DNA of 64,000 nt from an uncultured Gemmatimonadota bacterium (GTDB taxonomy: Bacteria; JAAXHH01): contig OX638340.1 in NCBI GenBank assembly GCA_951812955.1, positions 1,088,001-1,152,000 of the forward strand, in the 5' to 3' direction. A program made the position numbers and the translations under genes. A model generated the notes under the pieces. It had not been told where the DNA came from, did no database searches, and was given only the letters and a program-made list of their open reading frames with translations. Below are positions 50,288 through 60,500 of this stretch, piece by piece (within the stretch, counting starts at the first letter, position 1; every line of letters begins with the position of its first letter).

Positions 50288-50334
50288 AACATCTCGACGG
50301 GGCGCGTCAGTTAACCAATCGGAGAGGTACCGTT

Positions 50335-51042
50335 ATGTTCAACCGAAAGAGTCTACACGCTGCGGTGTCCATCGGCCTGATGGCCCTGGTGCCGTCGCTG
50401 TTCACACTGGCCTGCGAGGGACCGGTTGGACCGACTGGACCGGCAGGAGCTCAGGGTCCGGCTGGACCGCAAGGCGCTGCCGGATCACAGGGACCGGTGG
50501 GCACGGACGGAAGTACTGGACTACAGGGGCCGGAAGGACCGCCTGGACCGCCTGGACCGCCTGGCGAGGTAAGAGTCATCGATCTGGACCTGGTCGGTTC
50601 GTGGCGATTCGAGAGCACGGATATCGTGCAGACCCTTGCGGAGAATCTCAAGGACTACCTGATCAACGAAGCCGGCCTCGATGCGGCTACCGTGGAACTC
50701 TTACTCGCCGAGTTCTTCAGGGAGATGACGGAGGATCTCAAGAACTCGCCGATTGCGACGGTTAACCTCGCCGCGGACGCCACCTTCCTGGACGGTGACG
50801 GCGCCTCGGGGACCTGGTCGGCCAACGGTTCGACGCTGCTTGTGAAACAGGACGAGACCGTTTTTTTCCTGGGAAGCTATCGCGTGGATGGCGACGATCT
50901 GACGCTGACGCTTTCCAAGGCCCAGATGCTGCAAATGATCACCAGCGCGTCGGAGGAACCACTCGCCGAAGACGAAATCATGCTGCTTGATATCCTGTTC
51001 GGCGAAAACGGTACGGCCAACTACTTCTTCAAGCGGGTTTGA
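50335..51042 (+). CDS. lipoprotein: collagen-like (Gly-X-Y)18 tract + lipocalin-like C-terminal domain
   Basis: lipobox LFTLAC then [19 protein letters not shown]...; GGAGAGG SD before ATG 50335; C-domain paralogous to 54296..54832. Confidence 0.65.
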   Translation: MFNRKSLHAAVSIGLMALVPSLFTLACEGPVGPTGPAGAQGPAGPQGAAGSQGPVGTDGSTGLQGPEGPPGPPGPPGEVRVIDLDLVGSWRFESTDIVQTLAENLKDYLINEAGLDAATVELLLAEFFREMTEDLKNSPIATVNLAADATFLDGDGASGTWSANGSTLLVKQDETVFFLGSYRVDGDDLTLTLSKAQMLQMITSASEEPLAEDEIMLLDILFGENGTANYFFKRV

Positions 51043-51051
51043 GAGGCACAG

Positions 51052-51651
51052 ATGCACGCCAAGTTGAAGACCATCGGCAGGGAAGCCATTTCTTTCGGAC
51101 TCATCGCGCTGGTTTTGCTGGCGGCCCGGTCGACCCTGGCCGATCACTATACCGTTCCGTCCGGTTCCATGGAATACACGCTACTGCCGGGCGACCGGAT
51201 CTTCGTGGCCAAGTACACCTTTGGTTTCCGCGTTCCTTTCACGGGATGGAAACTCACCGAGGGGCGCGGAGTGGAACGCGGTGAGGTGGTGGTGTTCGAT
51301 TCACCCGTGGAAGACATCCGCCTGGTGAAACGGATCGTCGCCGTGGGAGGCGACACCGTTTCCATCCGCAGCGGCCAGGTTTCCATCAACGGCGCTCCGA
51401 TGGGATCCGTTACGGATATGCGGGAGGAGTTCTACGGCGAACGCCGGGTCCGCCTGAACCTGAGCTACAGCGGGGGGGAGGACTACGGTCCGGAGATCAT
51501 TCCCCCTGGGTTTCTCCTGGCCATAGGAGACGCCAGGGGGAACAGCAAGGACGGACGGGCCTTCGGATTCATCGCGGAGGACTCGGTCTACGGCAGGGCC
51601 GTGGCCGTCTACTACCGCAGCGGCGAAGGCCTCTGCTGGCTCAAACTTTAG
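51052..51651 (+). CDS. lepB: signal peptidase I (S26 family)
   Basis: SGSMEYTL (Ser box), LVKRIVAVGGDTV (Lys box), GDARGNSKD. Confidence 0.8.
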   Translation: MHAKLKTIGREAISFGLIALVLLAARSTLADHYTVPSGSMEYTLLPGDRIFVAKYTFGFRVPFTGWKLTEGRGVERGEVVVFDSPVEDIRLVKRIVAVGGDTVSIRSGQVSINGAPMGSVTDMREEFYGERRVRLNLSYSGGEDYGPEIIPPGFLLAIGDARGNSKDGRAFGFIAEDSVYGRAVAVYYRSGEGLCWLKL

Positions 51652-51663
51652 GGAAACGCGGAC

Positions 51664-54027
51664 CTACCGCGTTTCCGTCTTCGTATCCTGCGCTTCCTTT
51701 TCCTTTTCCTCCGCCCTATTCTGACGCTGCATAGGGTTCTCCGGCGCCTGGCGGCGCTGCTTGAACAGCTGGAAGCGCGTGGGCTTAGACTGCGGTGGCC
51801 ACACGTTGTTGCTCAGGTCCGTGTCCGCGGTCTCCAGGAAGGGATCGAGGGTGATCCTTTCCACCGGCTGATCCATGGCGAACACCTTGGTTACGCGGTC
51901 GTCGCGTAGCCGCCAGATCTCCGCGGGGATCCGCTGTACCTCCCTGGTACCGTCCTCGAATTCAAACTCCAGGATCACCGGCATGACCAGGCCGCCTACA
52001 TTCTCGAAGGTCAGTTCGTAGAAGTGCTTGCCGCTTTCGAGCAGGGCCAGGTCCTCGGCATCCAGGTTCTTCACGTAGTTTTCATACTCTTCCTGGTCGA
52101 GGATCGATACTTCGAAGGGATCGTACCTGTTATAGAAATCGACCAGGGTCGAATCCTGCCGGACCATGGGATTCGGAATATCGCCCTGGTTGCGCGTGTA
52201 GCTGATGCCCCGGTTTTCTTCCCCTCTGTTCGCCCTGGCGATCTCTTTCTCCACTTCCGGATCCCGCGTGTTGATCTGGAACCACTTCACCTCGCCCAAT
52301 CCGAGATCCACGTGGTCCGTGCTGTAAAACCAGCCGCGCCAGTACCAGTCCAGGTCCACGGCGGACGCGTCTTCCATGCTGCGGAAGAAATCTTCGGGCG
52401 AAGGATGCTTGAACATCCAGCGCTGGGAATAGCTGCGGAAGGCATGGTCGAATAGCTCCCGCCCCATGACCGTTTCCCGGAGGATGTTCAGCGCGGTGGC
52501 GGGTTTACCGTATGCATTGGGGCCGAGTTGAAATACGGATTCCGAATTCGTCATGATGGGCGAGATCCGCGCCACGTCACCCTTCATGTAATCCACGATC
52601 CGGTGGGCCGCGCCGCGGCGGGATGGATACTCGGTATCCCATTCCTGTTCGGCCAGGTACTGGAGAAAGGTGTTCAGTCCCTCGTCCATCCACGTCCACT
52701 GCCGTTCGTCCGAATTGACGATCATGGGGAAATAGTTGTGCCCGACTTCGTGAATGATCACGCTGATCATGCCGTACTTGGTCCGTTCGCTGTAGGTGCC
52801 GTCCTTTTCCGGCCGGCCGCCGTTGAAGCAGATCATCGGGTATTCCATGCCGATGCGGTTCGTGTGCACGGAGATGGCCGTGGGATAGGGATAGTAAAAG
52901 GTATATTTCGAATAGACGTCTATCGTATGGGCCACCACCTTGGTGGAATAGCGCTCCCAAAGGGGGTTGCCTTCCTTGGGATAGAAGGACATGGCCATCA
53001 CCTTCTGCAGACCTGACTGGACCTCCATGGCGTCCCAGATGAACTTGCGCGAACTGGCGAATGCGAAGTCCCGGACGTTGTCCCCGTGGAAGACCCAGGT
53101 CTTCTTCTCCGTGGCCCGTCCCTTTTCCGCCTCGACCGCTTCCGCCTCGGTGACGATCATGACGGGCTCGGCGGCGGTCCGCGACCGTTCAAACCGGGAC
53201 TGCTGCTCGGCCGTAAGCACGTCCTTCGGATTCTGAAGTACGCCCGTGGCCGTTACGATATGGTCGGCCGGTGCGGTTATGCTGACCTTGTAGTCACCAA
53301 AGGGCAGTGTGAATTCACCACGGCCGAGGAACTGCTTGTGCTGCCAGCCCTCCACCTCGTTGTAAACCGCCATGCGGGGAAAGAACTGGGCGATGGCGTA
53401 CAGGTAATTGTCATCTTCCTCGAAGTACTCGTAGCCCGAGCGACCGCCGATCTTCATCCGGTCGTTGATGTTGTACCACCACTTGACCTTGAAGGTGTAG
53501 GACTTGCCGGGCTGAAGCGGCTCGGGGATATCCACCCGCATCATCGTCTTGTTGATGGTGTGGGACAGCGGATTGTCCCGCCGATCCCGCACCCACTCGA
53601 TCTTGAAGCCGCCGTCGAAGTCGTTCAGCAGGCGCTGCAACTGGGCAAAACTCATCCGCCCCGAAACCCGGCTGCCCGCGATCTTCCGCGTGTCCGAATC
53701 CCGGGCGCGCACGTTCTGGTCGAGTTGCACCCAGAGGTAGGCCAGTTCGTCGGGCGAGTTGTTGTGGTAGGTGATGGTCTCGGTGCCATGCAGCCGCTGC
53801 GTCTCGTCGTCCAGCTCGATCCGCATCTCGTAGTCTGCCTCGTTCTGCCAGTACTGATGGCCCGGCGCGCCGGATGCGGTCCGGTATACGTTCGGCGTCG
53901 GGGCTTCCTGCTTGATCTGGCGGAACTTGCTTCGGTTGATCGTCTCGGGACCCTTCTGGGCGGTAGCGGTGGTGGTAGCGCACGCGACGGTCAACGCGCA
54001 TATAAAGTAAAATAGGCGCTTAGCCAT
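51664..54027 (-). CDS. secreted M1-family zinc metallopeptidase (aminopeptidase N-like)
   Basis: signal peptide MAKRLFYFICALTVACA; GMEYP and HEVGHNYF...(18)...E zinc motif. Confidence 0.8.
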   Translation of the reverse strand: MAKRLFYFICALTVACATTTATAQKGPETINRSKFRQIKQEAPTPNVYRTASGAPGHQYWQNEADYEMRIELDDETQRLHGTETITYHNNSPDELAYLWVQLDQNVRARDSDTRKIAGSRVSGRMSFAQLQRLLNDFDGGFKIEWVRDRRDNPLSHTINKTMMRVDIPEPLQPGKSYTFKVKWWYNINDRMKIGGRSGYEYFEEDDNYLYAIAQFFPRMAVYNEVEGWQHKQFLGRGEFTLPFGDYKVSITAPADHIVTATGVLQNPKDVLTAEQQSRFERSRTAAEPVMIVTEAEAVEAEKGRATEKKTWVFHGDNVRDFAFASSRKFIWDAMEVQSGLQKVMAMSFYPKEGNPLWERYSTKVVAHTIDVYSKYTFYYPYPTAISVHTNRIGMEYPMICFNGGRPEKDGTYSERTKYGMISVIIHEVGHNYFPMIVNSDERQWTWMDEGLNTFLQYLAEQEWDTEYPSRRGAAHRIVDYMKGDVARISPIMTNSESVFQLGPNAYGKPATALNILRETVMGRELFDHAFRSYSQRWMFKHPSPEDFFRSMEDASAVDLDWYWRGWFYSTDHVDLGLGEVKWFQINTRDPEVEKEIARANRGEENRGISYTRNQGDIPNPMVRQDSTLVDFYNRYDPFEVSILDQEEYENYVKNLDAEDLALLESGKHFYELTFENVGGLVMPVILEFEFEDGTREVQRIPAEIWRLRDDRVTKVFAMDQPVERITLDPFLETADTDLSNNVWPPQSKPTRFQLFKQRRQAPENPMQRQNRAEEKEKEAQDTKTETR

Positions 54028-54295
54028 GGATCGGTCTCCTGGTTTTCTTTAGTAGTGGTCAGCGGTCAATGCTGTACGATTCGAATTTTGGAATATATGA
54101 CGCGGGCGGCCCCGTGTAAAGGATCATACGAGGCGACGTGTGTTGCGTGCAGGGCGGCACAAGGCCAACACGGGTGGGCGGTGCCGTTCCAACACGGGCG
54201 GGCGGCGAAAATTCTAAGTGCTGGTGAGCGACGCAGTCCCCATGGATTTCAAGGAAAGCGCCAGGTTTGCGGTGGCCTGCTGAACTAAAAGCTAC

Positions 54296-54832
54296 TTACC
54301 TCGAAAAATACATGATCATGACCTCTATGTCCTTCAGCATGATCCTCAACAGTTCCGCTTCCTCTTCGTCCTCCGCATCAAGACCCACGGTTGCCAGTAG
54401 CGAGGCTACTGCAAATTGCAGGGAAAGCGTAGTATCCGTAACGGTGTATCCCACGGAAAAAGTCTCACCATCTGAAGTCGTGACGGTTATTCGATTCCCA
54501 GACACCTGGTATCGGTCAGGCTGTTCGCCGTCGACAATCACCGTTCCGTCAGACCTGAAATCAAGGGTAAGGGCGAACGTCACGTTGGATTCTCCAAGCA
54601 TGTCAGATACCACCATGTCGGCCTGGCTCGCAGTCAGGCCCTCCCCGATCAGGTACTCCCGCAGGTTGGCGGCCAGTTTGGTATCGAAATCGTTTCCCGT
54701 ATATTTCCACGTGCCGATCAGCTTCTCTGCAGGGTCCGGGTCCGGTTCCGGTGTGGGAGTCGGGGCCATCGGATTATCGTCATCTCCGCAGGCTAGCGCC
54801 ACCAGGACGGTCATCATAAGTAGAATCCGCAT
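54296..54832 (-). CDS. lipoprotein with Pro/Asp-rich linker + lipocalin-like domain (paralogue of 50335..51042 C-terminus)
   Basis: lipobox LVALACGDD, PTPTPEPDPDP linker, LIGTWKY...ANLREYLIGEGL aligns with LVGSWRF...[13 protein letters not shown]. Confidence 0.6.
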   Translation of the reverse strand: MRILLMMTVLVALACGDDDNPMAPTPTPEPDPDPAEKLIGTWKYTGNDFDTKLAANLREYLIGEGLTASQADMVVSDMLGESNVTFALTLDFRSDGTVIVDGEQPDRYQVSGNRITVTTSDGETFSVGYTVTDTTLSLQFAVASLLATVGLDAEDEEEAELLRIMLKDIEVMIMYFSR

Positions 54833-54937
54833 ATCATGCCTCCTGCCGAGTAGGCTCGGCTATACGTGTCTTCAAGAATGGATCGGAGATGTTAACGGTG
54901 AGCTCTCCGTTTCGTCTATCAATACTTCGCTTGTGGT

Positions 54938-55162
54938 TCAAATAGATACCCTGATCGTGATGGTCTCCCTTATTGTCTCGTCGTACAGCAGGCTTTTTAT
55001 TCTGCCCTTCACCACATATCGCCCCAAATCGTTGAAACCGTGATTGAGTGACAACAGGGCCAACTTGTTGTGCTGGGCCGTTGCGACTACTCTTTGGGTT
55101 GGTTCACCAGTTGTCTGAACGATGGGGTTACTTTCCGAACAGGACGCAATCGCGAACAACAT
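54938..55162 (-). CDS. possible small lipoprotein in AT-richer region (weak)
   Basis: MLFAIASCSE lipobox-like start; lower GC than surroundings; no SD. Confidence 0.25.
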   Translation of the reverse strand: MLFAIASCSESNPIVQTTGEPTQRVVATAQHNKLALLSLNHGFNDLGRYVVKGRIKSLLYDETIRETITIRVSI

Positions 55163-55747
55163 TGTAATCAGTAGGATAGACTGGAATGCACGCAAGTACA
55201 ATATACACACCCTTTCTGAAGAAGTTAGGGGCACCATTTGACCCAATGCCTATGGTACCTGCCAGTGTTGTACGCTCGCGCTATAATTCGGTGAGTGTTA
55301 TACGATTCACCGGGGGTTGGGATCTAACTCGAAGCCCTAAAAATCGGCCACTGAATTGAGCAAACTACCCCGACCAATGTAGCACGAACAATCGACAATA
55401 GCGAGTGTCATGGTTTCAAATTGAAAATATGATCTATATTTGATTTTCCAACTGAAAACCAACTTGAAAATATAAACATCGGCTTCCAAGCTGATATTTT
55501 ATGATCAAAAAGTGATTTTTATAGTATTTAATGTGACTAAATCGCATACAACCGGATGGGTCGCCTGTGCCCTTACTTGAGGATACAAAGTCGCACAGAA
55601 GTCGGTGAAGCGGGACTCGTGGCATTTTCGGGCTATTCATCGGATATTGACAGGGACAATCCGCGGATGTACCCTGAATCGACCGCCGGTCCGGCACGGC
55701 CCGGCTCTTTCGCGGAAGAACCGCGGGAACCGTTCTCGGAAGAAACC

Positions 55748-56272
55748 ATGAAATCGCAGGGCTTCTGGCTTACCTTCGCAGGCCTCCTACTGGTGTGCGT
55801 AGCATCGGACGCGGTTGCGGTGCGAATATCGGCCCACCCGTTCTACATCAGCGTCTGCCAGGTCGATCACAACCCCGATTCCGACGCGCTGGAGCTGGCT
55901 TTTCGCATCTTTACGGACGACCTGGAACAGGCCCTCGAGGCGATGGGAACGGACCGGCTGCGCCTGGGGACGGAGCGCGAAGCCGAGAAAGCCGATCTTT
56001 ACATCGGCCGTTATCTCGCGCGCCACGTCGAAATCGAAATTAACGACCAACGCGTCAGCGCCGTCTTTCTTGGAAAGGAAGTGGATACGGACGCAATCTG
56101 GTGTTATCTGGAGGTTGAGAATATCCCGCTCTTAAACACGATGACCATGACGAACACCCTGCTCCTTGAAACTTTTGAAGACCAGGTCAATCTCGTGCAC
56201 GTCAACGCCAACGGTCAGAAGATGAGCCTGGTGTTCAACGGACAGCACGTCAAGCAGACGCTGGACTTCTGA
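55748..56272 (+). CDS. hypothetical secreted protein (174 aa)
   Basis: signal peptide MKSQGFWLTFAGLLLVCVASDAVA; no recognised motif. Confidence 0.55.
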   Translation: MKSQGFWLTFAGLLLVCVASDAVAVRISAHPFYISVCQVDHNPDSDALELAFRIFTDDLEQALEAMGTDRLRLGTEREAEKADLYIGRYLARHVEIEINDQRVSAVFLGKEVDTDAIWCYLEVENIPLLNTMTMTNTLLLETFEDQVNLVHVNANGQKMSLVFNGQHVKQTLDF

Positions 56273-56317
56273 CCCGTTATCCAGCCCCCAGTCACAACCA
56301 TAGATGATTCCCGGATC

Positions 56318-56830
56318 ATGCCCCGAAACACACGAAATGCAGCCCGCATAGTAGACCTGAAGGCGTTTGCGGACTTGAGATCCGGCCTGGGTACCATCGT
56401 CGCCACTTCCGGCGGATATGATCCGCTCCATCCCGGGCACGTCTCCTGCCTGTTGGAATCATCCGCCTATGGCGATACCCTGGTCGTGATCGTCAACGGC
56501 GACGGTTTTCTTCGCCTTAAAAAGGGCAAGCCCTTCATGGATATCACGGCCCGCTGCCAGGTCGTCTCCGGTATTCGAGCCGTGGATTTTGTCATTCCCT
56601 TTGAGGTGGAAGACGACGACACGGTATGCGAGGCCCTGAGGATGATCCGGCCCCACGTGTTCACCAAGGGTGGAGACCGGACCGACATGTCCAATATCCC
56701 CGAGTGGGGGGTGTGTACGGAACTCGGAATCGAAGTGATATCTGGGGTGGGGATGGACAAGGCCTGGAGCAGTTCCGACTACCTGGAATCCTGGGGACGA
56801 TTCTGGGCCGATCGTGCAGGCCGCGGCTAG
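56318..56830 (+). CDS. cytidylyl/adenylyltransferase-like nucleotidyltransferase (RfaE domain II-like)
   Basis: SGGYDPLHPGHV (HxGH nucleotidyltransferase motif) and VFTKGGD. Confidence 0.7.
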   Translation: MPRNTRNAARIVDLKAFADLRSGLGTIVATSGGYDPLHPGHVSCLLESSAYGDTLVVIVNGDGFLRLKKGKPFMDITARCQVVSGIRAVDFVIPFEVEDDDTVCEALRMIRPHVFTKGGDRTDMSNIPEWGVCTELGIEVISGVGMDKAWSSSDYLESWGRFWADRAGRG

Positions 56831-56983
56831 TTAAACAGTGTTGTATTTGTTTCTTGTCCCGCGTCCCTTGCCGTCATAATTTACCGGTACAGGAAATCCA
56901 AACGCCCACGCGACAATCTCGCAGGAAATACACCGTTCAGGACGAGAAACCATCCGGTCTCTCCCGGATGACCCGGAGGAGAA

Positions 56984-58087
56984 ATGTCCAGTAGATACCG
57001 CGCCGCCGTAATCGGTCTCGGCCGCATGGGGAGCACCTTCGACGACGAGATCGATCAGGGCGGGTCCATTTTCCTGCCTTACTGCCACGCACCTTCCTAT
57101 TACGCCGCGCCGGATGTGGACCTGGTCGCGGGAGCGGATCCCCACGACGAACAGCGTTCCATCTTCGGGGTGCGCTGGGGCATCGAAGACGGCCACCTGT
57201 ACACCGACTACCGAGATTTGCTCGAAAAGGAAAAACCCGATCTGCTCAGCGTCTGTACCACCGCCCGGATCCGGTCGCAGATCGTGGAGGACGCCGCCCG
57301 GGCAGGCGTGAAGGCGATCTGGGCCGAAAAGCCCATTGCCCTGACCCTGGCCGAGGCGGACGCCATGGTGAAAACCTGCGATGACCACGGCGTAGCCCTG
57401 GCCTTAAACTGCGCCCGGCGCTGGCATCCATTCTTCTCCCAGGCGCGGACCATGATCGAGGAAGACGAACTCGGCGACATCGTCCAGGTGACGGGCTACG
57501 GCCAGTGCGGACTTTCCCACAACGGCAGCCACCTGATCGATATCGTCCGGTACATGGCGGGCGGAAGGGTGGAATGGGTGTACGGCGAGATGGAATCCGA
57601 CGAGGCTGCGGAGGGCGAAAAGGATCTGATGGGCAACGGATACCTGGCCTTCGAGAACGGAGTCAGGGCCTATGTCCGGGGCATGCCCTGCGGGATCGCG
57701 AACTGGGAAATCGACGTACTGGGCACGAAGGGCCGCTTCCGCTCGATCGCCAACGGCCAGGACGCCGAACTGATCAAACTGCACCCGGGAGGGCCGCGCG
57801 GGCGGGGCGTGCCGGCCCGCATGCCCTTCCCCTGGCCCGCCCATTACCCCGGGATGGGACTGACGATCGTGGCGGACCTGGTTTCGGCTATCGAAAACGG
57901 TCATCAGCCCAAGTGTTCCGGGGTTGACGGGCGCGAGGCGCTGGAAGTGGCCGTCGCCCTCCGCGAATCGCACCGCGGCGGCGGGCGGAAGATCCATCTG
58001 CCCCTGGAGGACCGCGGCCTGGGTATACTGTCTTCCGAGATTCACGGGGACGACATCCCGGCCAGAGTCCGGCGCCTCCAAAGTTGA
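56984..58087 (+). CDS. Gfo/Idh/MocA-family oxidoreductase
   Basis: AAVIGLGRMGS Rossmann motif, EKPIA motif. Confidence 0.8.
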   Translation: MSSRYRAAVIGLGRMGSTFDDEIDQGGSIFLPYCHAPSYYAAPDVDLVAGADPHDEQRSIFGVRWGIEDGHLYTDYRDLLEKEKPDLLSVCTTARIRSQIVEDAARAGVKAIWAEKPIALTLAEADAMVKTCDDHGVALALNCARRWHPFFSQARTMIEEDELGDIVQVTGYGQCGLSHNGSHLIDIVRYMAGGRVEWVYGEMESDEAAEGEKDLMGNGYLAFENGVRAYVRGMPCGIANWEIDVLGTKGRFRSIANGQDAELIKLHPGGPRGRGVPARMPFPWPAHYPGMGLTIVADLVSAIENGHQPKCSGVDGREALEVAVALRESHRGGGRKIHLPLEDRGLGILSSEIHGDDIPARVRRLQS

Positions 58088-58128
58088 CGTCCGCACGAAT
58101 GACGTCCGCACAAATGAAGTCCACTAAG
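58084..58128. repeat. 3 tandem degenerate 15-bp repeats (tgacgtccgcacgaa) overlapping Gfo stop
   Basis: read directly. Confidence 0.8.
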
Positions 58129-58160
58129 TTGCGGTCCCCAGGATTGTATAGGGAGATGGC

Positions 58161-58925
58161 ATGAAGCTCGGGTTCGTAACCTACCAGATCGGCAAAGACT
58201 GGGATGTGCCGACCATCATCGACATGTGCGGCCGAACGGGTTTCACCGGAGTCGAACTCCGCACGACCCACGCCCACGGCGTGGAAGCATCGCTCAGTCC
58301 AGGTGAACGCGGCGAGGTCAGGCGGCTGTTCGAGGACGGCGGCGTGGATCTCGTGGGACTCGGAACGGCCTTTGAGTACCACTCGGTCGATCCCGACGAG
58401 GTCCAGGCGAATATTAAAGGAACTGTGGAGTATGCCAGACTGGCGGCCGACCTGGGCTGTCCAGGTATCAAGGTGCGGCCTAACGGTCTGCAGACGGAAG
58501 CGGGCATACCGGAAGAAGCGACTCTCGAACAGATCGGAATGGCCATCGGGCAGTGCGCGGAAGCGGCCGGCGGTCTCGGCGTGCAAATCCGGGTCGAGGT
58601 ACACGGGAAGGACACCCAGGAGCCGCGCCGGATGCGCGCCATTATGGATCATGCGGACCATCCCAATGCGTATATCTGCTGGAATTCCAATTTCGGCGAA
58701 GTGGTGGAAGGATCGATCGAGAGCAACTACCGGCTGCTGAGTCACAAGATCGGCCTGGTGCATATCACCGAAATCTACCGCGCCGAGTATCCCTGGCGGG
58801 AACTGTTCAGGCTGCTCAAGGCCGACGGTTACGAAGGTTACACGCTCGCGGAAATCGCGCACAGCCCCGAACCCGAACGGCTGATGGGCTATTACAAGGC
58901 ACTCTGGGAAGCCTACCAGGTCTGA
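58161..58925 (+). CDS. sugar phosphate isomerase/epimerase (xylose isomerase-like TIM barrel; IolE/MocC-like)
   Basis: 254 aa, GFTGVELRTTHAHG..., conserved Glu/His pattern of AP endonuclease 2/xylose isomerase-like fold. Confidence 0.7.
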   Translation: MKLGFVTYQIGKDWDVPTIIDMCGRTGFTGVELRTTHAHGVEASLSPGERGEVRRLFEDGGVDLVGLGTAFEYHSVDPDEVQANIKGTVEYARLAADLGCPGIKVRPNGLQTEAGIPEEATLEQIGMAIGQCAEAAGGLGVQIRVEVHGKDTQEPRRMRAIMDHADHPNAYICWNSNFGEVVEGSIESNYRLLSHKIGLVHITEIYRAEYPWRELFRLLKADGYEGYTLAEIAHSPEPERLMGYYKALWEAYQV

Positions 58926-58938
58926 GCGCGCACCGCGC

Positions 58939-59054
58939 GACATTAAGCGACATCCGGCGCGGCATTATGCGCGTATCCGGCGCGGCATCAAGCGCGTATC
59001 TGGTACGACATTAAGCGCGTATCCGGCGCGGCATTTATCGACATTAAATCGAAC
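58939..59054. repeat. complex interleaved direct repeats (atccggcgcggcat x3; acattaagcg x2-3; gcgcgtatc x3)
   Basis: read directly. Confidence 0.75.
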
Positions 59055-59097
59055 CGCCGATTATCTGCATGGGCAATCTGAAAGGATCGATTGATTT

Positions 59098-60435
59098 ATG
59101 ACCACGACGGCGGCAACCTCGCAGGAGGCCATTTACCGGGAACGGACGCCGGGTTCCTACGAAGCGTTCAAACGCTCCCGTGAAGTCATGCCCGGCGTCG
59201 CAAAGGGCGCATACTTCTACGCCCCTTATCCCGTCACCATCGAACGGGCCGAGGGATGCTATCTGATTGACGTGGACGGGAACCGGTACGTGGACTTCGC
59301 CAACCACCATACCACCCAGATCCTTGGACACAACCATCCGGCCATAATCCGGGCGGTGGAACGGCAGATCGAACGGGGCATCGCCGTAGCCGCACCCATG
59401 GGAAGTGAAACGGCCCTCGCCGAGGAACTGTGCCGGCGGGTCGAATCCCTGGACAAGGTCCGATTCTGCAATTCGGGGACCGAAGCCACGCTGCACGCCA
59501 TCCGGCTGGCTCGGGAATACACGGGACGGCACCTCATCGCCAAGTTCGAGGGCGGGTACCACGGCAGTCACGACGCCGTCGAAATCAGCGTCGCACCAGA
59601 CCCGGCGAAGGCCGGTCCCCGGGAGCGGCCGGTACCGGTGCGGGGTGCAGGTGGCATGCCGCCCAACACCACCGAGAACGTCATTATCCTCCCCCAGGAT
59701 GACGAAGCCGCCGTGGAGACCCTCATCGAGGAACACCGGGACGAACTGGCGGCCGTGATTTTCGATCCCCGGACCGGTGTCATTCCCCAGCGACCCGCAT
59801 TCATCCGAGCGGTGCGGGAAATCACGCGCAGGCACGGCGTTCTGCTCATCTTCGATGAAATCGTGGGTTTTCGCGCATCGCCGGGCGGCGTCCAGGCGCA
59901 GTGCGGCATTCTGCCCGACCTGACCGCCTATGGCAAGATCGTGGGCGGCGGCTTTCCCGTGGGCGCCTTCGGCGGTCGGAAGGACCTGATGGATGTGCTG
60001 GATCCGACCCTGGGCAGACCGAGGCTGTCGCAAAGCGGATCTTTCAGCGGGCATCCGGTGGCCATGGCCGCCGGTCTTGCCATGCTTGAAGTGCTGACTC
60101 CCGACGTTTATGACCGTCTGGACCAACTGACCGAGCGCCTGATGGACGGTTTCCGGAATGTATTCGAACGGACCGGAACTGTGGCAACAGCTGTCGCATC
60201 AGGTTCCACCTTCAGTATTTACTTCACGGAGGGCCCGGTCAGGGTCTATCGGGCCGCCGCCGCGGCGGATAAGCGTCCCGTATCCGCGGTTTTTCTCGGC
60301 CTGCTCAACCGCGGTTACTATCTGTCGAACGGCCTGGCCATGAACTGTCTTTCGGCGGCCATGGACGAATCGCATATCGATGGCCTTGTTGCGGCCCTGG
60401 CCGAGACTTTGGCCGAGGCCCTGGAAGAAAACTGA
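59098..60435 (+). CDS. class III aminotransferase (glutamate-1-semialdehyde aminomutase-like)
   Basis: YGKIVGGGFPVGAFGGR matches GSA-aminomutase PLP-lysine region; AAGGA SD. Confidence 0.8.
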   Translation: MTTTAATSQEAIYRERTPGSYEAFKRSREVMPGVAKGAYFYAPYPVTIERAEGCYLIDVDGNRYVDFANHHTTQILGHNHPAIIRAVERQIERGIAVAAPMGSETALAEELCRRVESLDKVRFCNSGTEATLHAIRLAREYTGRHLIAKFEGGYHGSHDAVEISVAPDPAKAGPRERPVPVRGAGGMPPNTTENVIILPQDDEAAVETLIEEHRDELAAVIFDPRTGVIPQRPAFIRAVREITRRHGVLLIFDEIVGFRASPGGVQAQCGILPDLTAYGKIVGGGFPVGAFGGRKDLMDVLDPTLGRPRLSQSGSFSGHPVAMAAGLAMLEVLTPDVYDRLDQLTERLMDGFRNVFERTGTVATAVASGSTFSIYFTEGPVRVYRAAAAADKRPVSAVFLGLLNRGYYLSNGLAMNCLSAAMDESHIDGLVAALAETLAEALEEN

Positions 60436-60500
60436 CGTCCTTGGCCGGGATTCGCCGGCCGGTCTTTGTCCATTCGAACCACCCATACAGGAACGGAACC

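Noticed and set aside
57888-60126. Minus-strand 351-aa and 360-aa ORFs opposite the isomerase and aminotransferase genes
   Set aside because: Antisense shadows; the plus-strand genes have strong family motifs and SD sequences.
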